Of a stretch of 64,000 bases of DNA, positions 23,185-36,549 are shown in pieces. The notes under the pieces were generated by a model. That model saw nothing but the letters and a program-made list of their open reading frames with translations. It was not told the DNA's origin and did no database searches. Positions within the stretch are counted from its first letter, which is position 1; each line of letters opens with the position of its first letter. Origin of the DNA: Takakia lepidozioides (lineage: Eukaryota; Plantae; Bryophyta); assembly GCA_030704615.1 (NCBI GenBank), contig CM060731.1:95046001-95110000 (forward strand). The letters run 5' to 3'. A program made the translations under genes and the position numbers.

Positions 23185-26100
23185 TCAATGATTTCTGGAA
23201 TCCTTAAGGAGGAGTTTGTGCAGCTCGTTCACGCTCAACGCCGGTGCATGAATAAAGTCATCAATAGTCACGTTCATCCTCAACCTCTTCAGGTAAATGT
23301 AATACAGATGCTTGCACGGATTATACTTTGAACCCTTCTTTGCTTCCATCAACGAGAAGTCCGTACAATTGCAAGTCGGCTCCACTCCAATCGTAATTGT
23401 GTATACATCGTCGCGTACAGCCGAGCCGGCCGTTGCCATCCGATAAACACGCCCAAGGCCGGGTGGAGGTACGTCCACGGAGCTCTGAATAGTGCAAGCC
23501 ATCCCAAGAGCATTGGCAATCCGAGTCTCATTCAACTTGTTGGGAGGGTGTCGTCTCTTCACTCTTCCGAATCGCATTGTGGGATGTGCAGAATTGTCCA
23601 ATCCGTCTCTACTGGACCGAGCAGTCTGCAATGGCTGGCTCTGAGGAATTGGAAATGCGTGGGCCGGGACGTCTGTGCGTTGCACCATTCGAAATCCTGC
23701 TGCAGATAGAGCATCCGCCTCATTCTGAGAGAGGCTGCAACCCGGTGCAACACGCCAGACGCCCGGAGGCTCCGGCATTCCTTGAATCCCGTACTTGGGC
23801 TTGCCAAATACACAGGTCATTATGTCGTGCCTACAGAACCAAAACGTCTGCGTTGTGGCGTGAGCAAATGTGGGAGTCAAAAATCTGCCGTTGAAACAAG
23901 GTGCAGGTATAGCACCGTGTGGGTTCCTCTGAATCATCTCACCACAGCGTGCTCTCGTATCCACCCGGATGGCGCAGCACTTCCCTCGAAATGCCTGCAA
24001 TGTCCTTGCAATTCTCCACTGTGACTCCGACACTCTTGTCTCCACAATGGGAATGTTGTACTGCTTTACTACAGATGGCTCGTTATGTTGCCCGGGCACG
24101 TGCCCTGTGCTCAAAGGAGATGACGATCTTGAACGTGCAGGACTTGCGGTGCTAGACGAGACCTCCTCGGGCAACATCACAGGACCACGAGGGAGCGTGC
24201 GAATATTCTTGTCAGCTCGCCATGAATCCTCTTCCCCGCCAGGTGCCTCGTCAAGTCTTCGTCTCACTGGACGGGTATGAACATCTCCTTCCAAATGTTG
24301 GCCTCTTCGAAGCAATGACGTGTCTTGAAGGCCCTCTCGCAAGGCTGCCGCCCACTTCCGAGGATTCTTCGATCTGGAGGCAGTCCAAATCAGCATTTCC
24401 TGCCTGTCCGGCCCCAAGCCCCACTGTTTCCCTTTCAAGAACTCGTTGTACCTACATTGCTGCATAATTGACCTCACAATGTCCTCCGTTGTGGCAGTGA
24501 GGATGTCCACCAGATGCGCCGCAGAGGAGGCACGCCAGGAAGAATGCACTGATTCGGCCATGTTTGTCGTGGGCATGTCGGTGTCGGAGTCGAGACACAT
24601 TTCCTGCACAAGCACATGTTCAGGTTACAAGCAAGTTACAAATAATGCCAAGAATAATATTCAACGGGACGCGAATTCGTGCAACTCACCTCCCGCATAT
24701 AGTCGCCGAACTGGAGGAAACGATAATGCCACCATGCTAGCCAACTGACCATTGCTCCCTCGTCTGATTTCCTTACATCACCTGACGATGTCCACCAAGC
24801 CCGTATACATGCAAACTGTGTCTCTGCATCATCCAAGGTGGGAGCACGCTTCCACGCAAGACACATGGAACGGTGCTCCTCTCTGAAATTTGGCGCCACG
24901 AGCCTGGTTGTGTACTGCGAAAGGCTCTGCAGAAAATGGAACCCACAAGATCTCTCCTTGTCTTCCATGGGAACATTGGGGTCTTGCCCGTACACCCTTC
25001 GGATGGCAGCCCAATTTGCTTGTGCGTTGTCCGCCATGAAACCACGGAAATTGGGAGGGGGCAATCCCGCCTTGGCCATCTGTTCGTTTATTCCCTGCCA
25101 AAGAAGCATCTCCAATTGTGTGTCCTCTCCTTTCATCTCACAAATAGCAATTGTCATTAGCATCCTGCAGTGGGTGTCGTAGACACGTGCACCCATTGCC
25201 ACCCACTGGTGATTTGTAATTTGCTTGATATGGTCGAACGTGACCCAACTGTTTGGCAAGTCCCCACTCGTCATCCTGTCGACCAACTGGACGCCGCTGC
25301 CAGGTCCACACGTGGACATTTTGAATACGAAACAACGATCTGCCTCAGTCCCTTGTCCTGGAAACCTACTTCCATGAATGTAGTCATATCCACATCGTTG
25401 CTTCACCTCCAGAATGGAGTGCATATCCGAGCCACGCCCAATTTTCTATTTGCATGAGACAATGTGGTTTCGGACATTCAGTGAACAGACGTGGGACACC
25501 GACTCCAGCAATGCCTCCATTTCTTTGTCATCGAGAGGAACTCTATCGGAGCCGTCTTCCGACATAATTCTGGCCAATGCCATCTTATGGGCGGCTTGGA
25601 GCTGTATCTGTTTGGGTTTGGCACCCGGTCTCAACTTAACCTCCTCCTAAACGAGCTGCTCTGCCTCGTGGGCAGCCTCCCGCAAGTTCCCCCTCGCCAA
25701 TTTGTGACAATGGGAACCAACGTGTATGCAAGCTCGGGTGAGGTCAGGGAAACGATGCAACACATAGAACTGCTTGGCATTACAAACAGACATGCAGCGT
25801 GGTGGTTCTTTGCAATGCGCACACTTAAATGTGGAGTTCGGAACCTTCTCCTGAGCTCGAAATGGTTGATGAGCTGTGCCTGTCCAATCGGTCTCGTTCC
25901 TGTGATCTCTGGATTTAAAATGGAAGCAAGTTGGGGAGAAACACCGCAACGCGCCCGCACAAACAACGTAGCGCACCCGCACACCATCAAGCATCTTCGT
26001 GCTGGTGGTTTTGGTGACGCACCAAGGATGACCGTCATGTTTTCTATCCATATCTGTCAACATTCCGGACGCCCTCGAGTAGTCCGTCCGAGGGGGGAAC

Positions 26101-26777
26101 TCAAAGAAGATATTACCGTCGACGTCTGCGGGAAGGCATGTAACCGATTTAATAGCGAACTTGCTGTAGTCCAGCCCGGCCAGCTCCGAGCGGTGTCCAT
26201 CCATGTGAAGCCCTCGCAGAATTTCAAGAATGGATCGAACTGCGGTGCTCGTGCTGGGAATATGACTCCCTCGTCCACTGACGTCCATTGAGGACTTGCC
26301 TGAACTCCAGGACGATCTCGGAACTTCCATGACCTCGTCGGAGTCGGACAGGTTGTGAACAACCCGGTTCTCGCTCGTCTTCATTGATGGGTTGGGCTCT
26401 GGATTTACTTCGTTGCGGACTTCTCTCTTTGAGGTACCCACTCTCTGATTTGCGGATTGTTTCGTGGAAGGCGCCAGGATAGAAGGTGCATTTGGCGGGC
26501 AAATGAAGTCCCCAACAGCCTTGTATATGACGTTGTCCGATGGTGGAACTCACCATTCCCTGCCATCGCCAAAATCATCGTGGAGCACAACAATACTCTC
26601 GACAACAACGCCGTTTGAGTCCTTCATTTCCTCCTCCAAAAAAACCGACCCCGGTTTCAGGTGGTATCGAACGCACAAATATTTCTCCATCACACGGCAG
26701 ATGTCCCCTCTGCACGGAAATGAAGCTATATGCTCGTGAGGAGGGCAGAACACTGTAGCGCTCGGGTTTTCCGCCAT
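23185..26777 (-). pseudogene. MULE transposase of element B (GCM-DDE-SWIM), three in-frame stops
   Basis: Collinear with the A transposase. Intron 24689-24604; stops at ~26550, ~25647 and ~25446. Confidence 0.92.
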
Positions 26778-27009
26778 GGGAGATGTGCACACAAGACTGC
26801 CAGGATGGCGTGCGGGCAAGCTCCCTGGTAGAAGGGGGATGCACCGATGGGAAGGAATGCGGTGCCGATTTGTCCGAGCGACGAAGCCTGATCCAAATCC
26901 AGGGAGCCAACTATCTAAAAAATCCACAGTCAGAGTGTTAATGAACCTTGTCTCCGGAATGCGGCCCCTGGTCTTTGCGCAATAACTGCCAATGGTATGC
27001 AGTTAGAAA

Positions 27010-28660
27010 GTGGGGGGCCGCCCGGATGATGTCAGCTGAAGGGGAGAAGCCGGCACCGGGCCGTCACATTACAACCCCCGGATGGAAATTCGGCACCGAA
27101 TATCCAACAGGGGCCGCCCGGATGAAGTCGACTCGGGCGGAGAGGCCGGCACCTGTCCGACAGAGAACATCCCCCGGATTTCCATTCAGCGCCGAATTTC
27201 CATCCGGGCCCCCCCAAACGAAGTCGTGTCGGGGGGTCAGGCCAAAAAGTGGTTGACAAAAAAACCTCCCCGGATGGAAAAACGGCGCCGAATTTACATC
27301 CGGGGCCGTTCGGATGCAGTCGGCTCGGGGGGAGAGGCCGGCACATGGCCGTCACATTACAACCCCCGGACGGGAATTCGGCACCGAATATCCAACAGGG
27401 GCCGCCCGGATGAAGTCGACTCGGGCGGAGAGGCTGACACCTGTCCGACAGAGAACATCCCCCGGATTTCCATTCAGCGCCGAATTTCCATCCGGGCCCC
27501 CCCAAACGAAGTCGTGTCGGGGGGTCAGGCCAAAAAGTGGCCGACATAAAAACCTCCCTGGATGGAAAAACAGCACCGAATTTACATCCGGGGCCGTTCG
27601 GATACAGTCGGCTTGGGGGGAGAGGCCGTCACATTACAACCCCCGGACGGGAATTCGGCACCGAATATCCAACAGGGGCCGCCCGGATGAAGTTGCCTCG
27701 GGCGGAGAGGCCGGCACCTGTCCGACAGAGAACATCCCCCGGATGGAAATTCGGCGCCGAATTTCCATCCAGGCCCCCCCAAAGGAAGTCGTGTCGGGGG
27801 GTCAGGCCGAAAAGTGGCCGACATAAAAACCTCCCCGGATGGAAAAACGGCGCCGAATTTACATCCGGGGCCGTTCGGATGCAGTCGGCTCGGGGGGAGA
27901 GGCCGACACATGGCCGTCACATTACAACCCCCGGACGGGAATTCGGCACCGAATATCCAATAGGGGCCGCCCGGATGAAGTCGCCTCGGGCGGAGAGGCC
28001 GGCACCTGTCCGACAGAGAACATCCCCCGGATGGAAATTCGGCGCCGGATTTTCATCCAGCCCCCCCCAAAGGAAGTCGTGTCGGGGGGTCAGGCCGAAA
28101 AGTGGCCGACATAAAAACCTCCCCGGATGGAAAAACGGCGCTGAATTTACATCCGGGGCCGTTTGGATGCAGTCGGCTCGGGGGGAGAGGCCGGCACATG
28201 GCTGTCACATTACAACCCCCGGACGGGAATTCGGCACCGAATATCCAACAGGGGCCGCCCGGATGAAGTCGCCTCGGGCGGAGAGGCCGGCACCTGTCCG
28301 ACAGAGAACATCCCCCGGATGGAAATTCGGCGCCAAATTTCCATCCGGGCCCCCCCAAAGGAAGTCGAGTCGGGGGGTCAGGCCGAAAAGTGGCCGACAT
28401 AAAAACCTTCCCGGATGGAAAAACGGCGCCGAACTTACATCCGGGGCCGTTCGGATGCAGTCAGCTCGGGAGGAGAGGCCGGCACCTGGCCGTCACATTA
28501 CAACCCCCGGACGGAAATTCGGCACCGAATATCCAACTGGGGGCGCCCGGATAACGTGGACTTGGGCGGAGGGGATGGAAAACCGGTGCCGAATTTCCAT
28601 TCGGCATGTAATCGCAATCGCGGCCAGATGGAATTTCGGCAACGAATTTCCATGTAGGAA
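27010..28660. repeat. 288-bp tandem repeat (three ~96-bp subunits) with B-type palindromes
   Basis: Unit starts at 27839 and 28415 are 576 bp apart. Core is GGATGGAAATTCGGCRCCGAATTTCCATCC. Confidence 0.92.
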
Positions 28661-28799
28661 CTAAGAGGGATGGAAAAGAAGCAAGGAATTTCTCTCTACC
28701 AGTCGAGAATTCCCTGAAAAACGTGTCTAAAAGTGGACTTCAGCCACCAAACTTAAGGTTTAGTGTCTTTTTAGACCAAAAAACCAAGCGGCCACGCTC

Positions 28800-29195
28800 A
28801 GAATTACCTGCAGGATGGTAATTCGGCGCTTCGACTTACCTGGCGGATGGAAATTCGGCGCCGAATTTCCATCCGGCCGCGCTCCGAGTTACCTGCTTGA
28901 TGGAAATCCAGCGCCGGATTTCCATCCGGCCGCGCTCCGAATTACCTGCATGACGGAAATTCGGTGCCGGATTTCCATCCATCCGCGCTTTGAGTTACCT
29001 GCAGGATGGAAATTCTGCGCCGGATTTCCATCCATCCGCTCTCCGAATTACCTGCATGACGGAAAGACGGCGCTCCGACTTACCTGGCGGACGGAAATTC
29101 GGTGCCGGATTTCCATCCATCCGCTTTTTGAATTACCTGCATGACGGAAATTCGGCGCTCCGACTTACCTGGCAGATGGAAATTCGGCGCCGAGG
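28800..29195. repeat. 53-bp-period subarray of B-type palindromes
   Basis: GGAAATTCGGCGCCGRATTTCC-like sites at 28849, 28902, 28955 and 29008. Confidence 0.88.
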
Positions 29196-30222
29196 GCTTC
29201 GTTGCGTCATACTTCATTCGACATTTAATTGCGTAGTTGGGCATTAAATGTCCTCCGCCGTCGGTTTTGATTCGTGATGGCGACAGAGGGATTCCGCGCT
29301 TGCTTCCTCGATACGTCTTGGAAACCTAATGCTAAACTTGGATGAAGTTCTATTCGAGGCATGTACGCAAAAATACTGAGATCTTTTTTCTTTTGCTGGG
29401 ACTTATGCCGCGTGAAGGGCGTGGCTCTCCTGAGAGAGACCCCACATCCAGACCGCGGCGGAAGTTGAAGGCTTTGTACTACGGGCGACGGCCAACCTCT
29501 CGCATGGCCAAACTTAAGCTCCAGCAGGAGATTCCAGTGTCTTGCTCACAACCCGCGCCAACTGAAGCCGAGTACTCCCAGGCAAGCCACTTCCGCTTTC
29601 GCTTTGTTGTTTACTTCGTTTTTTGGTTTGTTTTCGCATCTTCAGCCTGGCATCGCTGGAAGCATATGGTTGCATCGCAAAAGCAGTAGCTGTTGAGAAG
29701 AATGATCAAGGTCAGAGTGGTTAAAAATTAAGGAAATCCATGCTGAGCTGAGAAGATTGTCTGAGCAGATGAAGTGCCTTCAAAACATTTCACCCTGTTT
29801 TCCCGTCTTATGGAATTCGTGTTCATTTGTTCATCGTGTTACATGTTACCGGTTGAGTGAACCTTAGATAGTTTGCAATGCGTGTGCAAACCCGGCAGCT
29901 CTTGAGAAGGCTGCTTGTGCATGTCATTCTTAGGCATTGGTTGGATTTGTTTTCATTGTTGTTCCACAATTGTTGCGATGGTGGTTGCGCTGCTCATTGC
30001 GATGGTGGTTTTCATTCCGATGTTGGTTCTCACAATTTTCGGGAATGACAGAGTGACGACGAGCCCGGCACACTGGTGGTATCATCGACAGCTCCAACTC
30101 ATCGCATGTTTGGATCGCCCAACTTGGGGCGAGAGGGCAAACTAAAACCTTTTGTTGGTGGACGGGAGGACCTGCAGCGAGAGTACGACAGAATAGGCAT
30201 TGGGTAGGTTGGTGCAGGCGGC

Positions 30223-33200
30223 ATGGCAGGTGAAGGGCGCGAGGACGTGAGGACAGCAAATCCGGCAATGGAGGTTGTTGATGCACATGCAGTAGGGCCC
30301 GCCCACGCAAAGAATAAGAAGAAAGCCAAGCACATGCAATCCCCGGCGAGAGAGCTGTCACGGGCTGCGGAGGGGGGAGTGAGCAGTGCGCGCGAGGGTG
30401 TCAGTTCTCCTCAATCAAAGGTGGTCGTCCTGGAGGGCTCCCCTGCTGCTAGCCCTAGTAAGAAACAGAAAGCCCGTGAGAGGGCAAAAGAGAGGGCAAA
30501 AGAACAGGCGAGACAAAAGGCTAGCCAGGAGGAAAGAGAAAAGACCACTGAAGAGGCCAGGGGTGCCGAAATGACAGATGCCCATGTAAGCGAGGGACGC
30601 ACAGAGACGGTGGATCCCTCCAAGACACCACAAAGAGGCAGTAACACACCGGTTACACCATCGCGGACAAGAGCAGCCTCCGCAATTACCCATACGGTGG
30701 AGAGTGGAGGAGAGGAAAATTTGTAAGTCATTTCATTGCGAATCCTCATATTTGTTCAAAATTCCCATTTCAGTATTGTTTGATGGAAATGTGGCATTGC
30801 AGGGTGACTGAGAATGCCTTCATTGCCACCAACTTGTCCCATATGCTCTTCCGAGTGAAGGATGTCGGGAAGCAGGGGGTGCAAGAGTTTGCCAATTCGC
30901 TCAGTGCCGACCTCCTGCGCAAGTCGGAGGCAAAGGTAGACAGAACCTGGTATAGGCTGAGCATGGACGCCATGGTGGACTACATATTTCGGGTAAAGCT
31001 CCTGACAGTTTTGTTGAGCTAATCTGTCTCTCCTCCCCCAATAGAAGAAATTGTGTTGAGTAGGATCTCTAATCTTATGTGCGCATTCTTGACAGACAAA
31101 AATTCAACAAGATTTGGCACATGCGCGGAGGTTCTACATGGAGTCAGAGGAGAAGAATCTAACCCTCCCGGCACTCGAATCGTATCTCAAAGCTGCGGAG
31201 GCCAGGGCCCGCATAAAGTACAAGTCGCGGATGGTAAAGTACGTGGCCATAGCTGATCCCGCCCTTGGTGCCGACTTTCTGGTGGAGGTGGGGAAGCACT
31301 ACTCCCGCGCTCTGAAGCCCACGATGACATTGGAGAAGCTCCATCGTCTAGCCACATCCTGTGTGGATGCAACAGAAAAGGTGATACATTCTTAACCAAA
31401 TTGTGGTGGCAACAACTCGTTTTTGTGGTGTTTGGCGCTTACGAATATGCTGGGTGGTTGGACAGACCCGGTGGATCCAAATCTGGAATGGTTCCCAAAG
31501 TACAAGGGACATGTGGAGCTTCCCCAAACCGGACAAACTGTCTGACCCGACATTCAACATGTGGATGAACCGCATGATATGGTGGTTTTAGGTACTTCCC
31601 CACGCTTCATTTGGCGCTTCTACTCTTGTAGGGGGTGGATTCATTGTATTTTTTCAGGAAAGCGATCTGATGGAGAATCTCCATAGGTGACGACGAATGC
31701 GCAAGAGCAGCTGGACACACAAGCACATCAGTTCAAGATGGAGATTTCTCCTGTAGCAGAGAGCCTACGCGACTATGTGACGAGGTACTTTCTGCTGTAC
31801 AAAACCGACCTATTCTTTCGGGAGATACCCCACGCCCGCCGGAGCCACGAGTTCACCGACCAGCCGAACGCGGACAAAGCAGCAATGCGCCTTTTGTACA
31901 GGTACATACGCGATGCCTTCCTTTCAAGTCCTTGCATTTCAAGATGTTAGAGGCCTCATGTGGCGCATAAAAATTAGTCCTTGGAAAAATGACGCCGAAT
32001 TTCCAGTTCAGGGCTCCCAAAATGGCTAAGTCCCTAGGGTGGCTAGCACCGAAAACCGAAATTTGGCGCCATTTTTCCAATTCCAGGGCCAGTCAGTTCA
32101 GGGACTTAGGCATTTTTGGCCCGGACCTGGGAAAATGGCGCCAAATTTCCAGTTCAGGGCTCCCAAAATGGCTAAGTCCCTAGGTTGGTTGACACCGAAA
32201 ACCAAAAATCGGCGCCATTTTTCCAATTCCAAGGCTAGTCAGTTCAGGGACTTAGCCATTTTTGGCCCGGACCTGGGAAAATGGCGCCGAATTTCCAGTT
32301 CAGGGCTCCCAAAATGGCTGTCCCTAGCGTGGCTAGCACCGAAAACCGAAATTCGGCGCCATTTTTCCAGTTCTAGGCCCAGTCAGTTCCGCCCCAACTT
32401 GGGAAAATGGTGCCGAATTTCCAGTTCAGGGACCTCATTCTGTGTTTTTCATGAATGCAGGTACTGCAAGTTCTCCCTTTTGGAGAAAGGTCATCTGTCT
32501 TTCGAGCCACCATTCTTCCTGGCATGGAGGAACCCTGGGGCTGACTCCATGTACACTGACGTTATTGTGAAGGAGTGGCATCTGGAACATTTGCATTATT
32601 GCCCTTGGTATGTGGACCTTCCGCCCGGCTCGCTCGACCCATCCGAGTTTCAATTGAAGCTGGATGCTGAGGCCCGACGAAACCGGGCTCCGCTGCCTCC
32701 GCTGGGTCCAAAAGAGGCAAAAGCGCTTGCGAACTCCAGGAAAGCGGCAGAGCTTGCTCATGCAGGAATTCAGGAGAAATTGAATGAGAAGAATAAAGGC
32801 CAAAGGAAAAGGACAAGGAAACATGTGAGTACAATAACACCCAAAAAACAGAAAACCATCGGGGCATCGGAGGAGACGCAGGAGGGGACCCAAGGGAGTG
32901 ACTCGGACGACAACTTTGTTCAAGGTCCTGCGACTGCTGCTGCTACTACCAAGTCACCGGTCGTCCGGGTTCCCAAGTCAGTTCGGAGTGGGACTGGCTC
33001 TGCCAAGAAGTTGGCATTTGAGGGCGAGCCTACACGGCGGTATTCGGCGGTGACGTTTACGCTTAGGCCAAAGCTAGAACCTCCAACCATCATCCAATGA
33101 GTCAATGAGAGCTTCCTTGACGCTCTCGCTGCCAGGGCAAAGAAGGTGGCACACAATAAGTCTCTGGCGGAGCAGAAGGGGAAAGCCAAGAAGAGGGCTG

Positions 33201-34825
33201 CTGGTACAGAGCCTAAAGACACCCCTGGTTTTGAAGCCATGATGGAATTCTTCACAGCTGTGAGCACGGATTGCAAGAGCACTCGGGGGGGGGGGGGGGG
33301 GGGGGTTGAGGTGGAGAGAGCTTGCGATATGATTCTCCTCGACATCCAGATGGAGAGCTGCTGGAGGGCCTGGATGGTGTGCCCAACTGGAACAGGTTTA
33401 CTGAGGACTACTGGAAAGCCGGGTTTGGGCTGGCGGGGATGATCCTGGATGACGGTGGATGTGTGGTTGTCCTTGCCACAAGAGGGAAGACCACAGAGAA
33501 TGCGGTGGCAAGATGGACACCAAAAAGAGTCACCCCGGTCCTCCTCAGAACATGGTTCTGCATCAATACACAGGGGTTGCGAACAGAGGGCCAAAGTATA
33601 AGTTATCAATCTATTTCATTCACCTCATATTGTGGTGTATCTAAACTAGATCCCGGAGTTAATCCCTCTATTGTTGGATGTGCAGACATTGGTGTTTGAG
33701 GCATATTGCTTTGTGAAGAGAGGGTCTACGTTCAAATTCCGCAATGACGGTCGTCTTGTTGATGCCGCTGTGGACCCTGTTACCTACGATGTCCTCTACA
33801 ACTATGTGCCCCACTCCAGTATGCCGAAGGACACAAAGACAGGCAAACCGTGGCGGTACAGCCGGACCCGGAGCCCTGCTTTCATCCAAACCCTCATGGA
33901 GACGTGCTCGGATGTCCCAGGGCGGATTCTTGACCTCACATGTGGCACGGGTAAGCCTTCACTTGCTGAGTTTGTCCCCTGGCCCGATTGCAATTGCATG
34001 CCGCAAGCTATTAACCGCCCGCTTTGTTCCTCAGGTGCTTCAATGTGGGCAGGGACGTTGTCCGATAGGCATGTGTTCGCCTTCGAACCAGATACTGCCC
34101 TCCACAACTCGGAACTTGCAGCGGCTGAACGTCTGCCCAAAGAGGAAGAGGCACCCTCGGAGGATGAGGAAAAATCCGAGAAGGAGCAGGGGGAGGAACA
34201 AGTTGGGATCGAGGCCGAGGAGCCCCCGGTTTACGAGTGAGTGGTCGCATTGTAAGTTGCCTCCAGATTTCATGAGGCACCTCCCTTCGCTCTCTTATTT
34301 CATTGAAAACCCTTTCTGCTTCTGCTGGTATTGACATTCTTGAAGTGGATTTGTTCTTATTGTAGGATGTCAAGTACTGCAGGAGGGACGTCTACACCGG
34401 AGTTCATGGGCAGGAGGAACGTGCCTTTTTTTGCCAGGGACGATTTCATGCCTAGTCCAGAAAGAGACTACATCCTTCCTACTTATGCTGCCCGGCTTGC
34501 TTCGGTGTCCATTAGGAGGTCTTCCGAACCTAGTCGTGTACAGCAGATTTTAGACGAGGCAAGCCTCAAGAAAATGAAGATGAGGGAGGAGGCAGCAGAT
34601 ATTAGAGCCCGTCAGGCTCGTAGATTTGTCTTGGATTCTACTGAGGAAAGTGGGGGAGAAGAGGCAGAAGATTCCCAGGAGGTGAGGTGGACAGTCCCCC
34701 AAGGAGAGGACGGAATTTTTGAGAGGCATAGTGCAACCGATGCATCACAGAGCTCGGAGGATGGGGGGGATGAGGGGGATGAGGAAGAAGGAGGGCCAAG
34801 TTCCTCGGAAGGCGTAGGAGAGTAG
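30223..34825 (+). pseudogene. Spliced amino-MTase gene of element B, lacking the ParB domain; stops and frameshifts
   Basis: Exons ~30223-30722, 30803-30992, 31096-31380, 31466-31591, 31687-31901, 32461-~33596, ~33686-33950, 34035-34235, 34366-34825 match the A gene. Contains DMILLDI(P)DG and RSPAFIQTLMETC..ILDLTCGTG. Confidence 0.85.
31980..32432. repeat. Intron-5 array of B-type palindromes and hairpins
   Basis: Repeated AAAATGGCGCCGAATTTCCAGTTCAGGG and CTAAGTCCCTAGGG. Confidence 0.88.
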
Positions 34826-35466
34826 TTCCCATTCCTGCTATGTCAGTTAGGACACACTTGTATAGACGTGGCTTGCCACAAAATTTGCAATAAAATGTTG
34901 CATTTCATTGCTATGACGAGTCCACATGACCCTATTTCCGTGCCTCCTAATCCTATTTCCGTGGACACACAATGGCCCGCTCATGCTTTTTTTTTTTCCG
35001 CTCATGCTCATGCCGCTCATGAAATAGCAGCCCCCCACAATGAGTGGTCATATTTTGGGGCCTGTTCTTGCCCATCCTCATTATTTTAATCCTCTCCTTC
35101 AATATTTCATCCATCCATCATTCATCCACCATGGATGAAATATTGGAAACGTCAGATAGCTTGACAATGAGCATCCAAACTTTTCTGGCCTCTTGTTCAT
35201 GCAAGAATCCCTAAGTAAGATTCATGATGACTCACCCAGCCTTTTATTTCACCTCTTCTTCAATAAGAAAACCTCAGTAACTTTCACAATGACCATTCCA
35301 TGTTTTCTATACCTCTTTTTTTAAGCGCTATAACTGCTTCCACGACAATAGGACCCTCTCTAAACAGAGGACTCGGGTATGGGGCCTGCTTCTTCCTCCA
35401 CTAAACCCCTGGGCTCACGCTTAGAGGGCAAAGCGGAGCCGAGCTCCTGGGCTCACGCGGCTAGGC

Positions 35467-36400
35467 TCACACCGTAGCTGCGCTCCTTGAACTTGCAGTA
35501 ACATTGATGGAGTTCACGGTATCAGCAAGTGTCTGGTTTATGCTAGCTACCCGGAGCCTGTCCAATATTTCCTTCGCCGGCGGGTGGGAGCCATAAAGGC
35601 TATTGGTGTGGGGAGTGAAGTCCACATTGTGACCAAATATTGGAATCTGACCCCTGTTGCACCATTGCGTGTACACAAAGGTTCTTGCAGGTGATCTGGG
35701 CCATGCCCTCGTGTTTGATCAGTTTAGACGAAGGGACATAGCAGGAGTGAACATGTTCCATGTTTGCCTTACCCATTATGTTGCGGAGAGCTGCTTCAGT
35801 GTCAGCCTGCGAGTGTAGAACGTTCAGATTTTTTACCATCACCAAGAGGGCATCTCTCTCTGCAATGATTTCCTGTTGCGTTGCTTTGATGCCCGTCATG
35901 CTAAGCTTTCTTGTGCGTAGTAGCGGCTTGATGATTGTGTGCTCAATTCGTACTCCTTTGTCCATCATCCACTTCTTGGTATCTTCCGCAGCCAAGTATA
36001 TGAAGCCAAATCTGGTCTCAGGGAGTGGTTTTTGAATATATAAGATTTTGAATTCATCCCCATGCATGAATGTTTCCATAATGAAGTACATAGAATGCTC
36101 AAGTATCTGATTATACCTTGTAGGATATCATTCGCTATGTAGAGGGACAAGTAGTCGGCTAATGCTGTCATGTCAAATGCTTTCTCTACTTTTCCCTGGA
36201 TGTAGTTGCCAGAAGCCATTTGCATCACGAATGCCCGATTTCCATGGAGGAGTGTGATCCCATCCGTAGCGGGGTGTAGAAGTTCGACTTTCAAGAGTCC
36301 AGACCACATCTTGGTGGCGTGTTTGGTGTAGGCAGTGATTGGGGAGAGGAGAGTGTTGCCAAGAGGGATGCTCATCTCCTCGAACCGCTTCCTTGCTCTA
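35467..36400 (-). pseudogene. Degenerate ORF, possibly an RRM-type retroelement ORF1 fragment
   Basis: Frameshifted protein-like reading frames with an RNP1-like RFGFIY. Not recognised with certainty. Confidence 0.3.
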
Positions 36401-36549
36401 TATAATCTCTCATCTAATACGCAAGGCTCCCCCACCCACTCCCAACCACTCACCACAACGTCCCCCCCACCTTCTCCATACAATGATGACAATAATAATG
36501 CGTACATCATTGAAGCCATACTAGGAGTCAAAACCCAAACGTCAATCGA

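Larger units (their letters stand above)
22466..35035. mobile_element. Complete-ended Mutator-like transposon, element B (~12.57 kb), with decayed genes
   Basis: Left end GAGGTTAGCTATTTCATGAGC, right end GCTCATGAAATAGCAGCCCCC. 9-bp TSD CACAATGAG at 22457-22465 and 35036-35044. Confidence 0.95.

Noticed and set aside
26948-29247. 375-aa and other repetitive ORFs
   Set aside because: They arise from a GC-rich 288-bp tandem repeat that is open in several frames on both strands.
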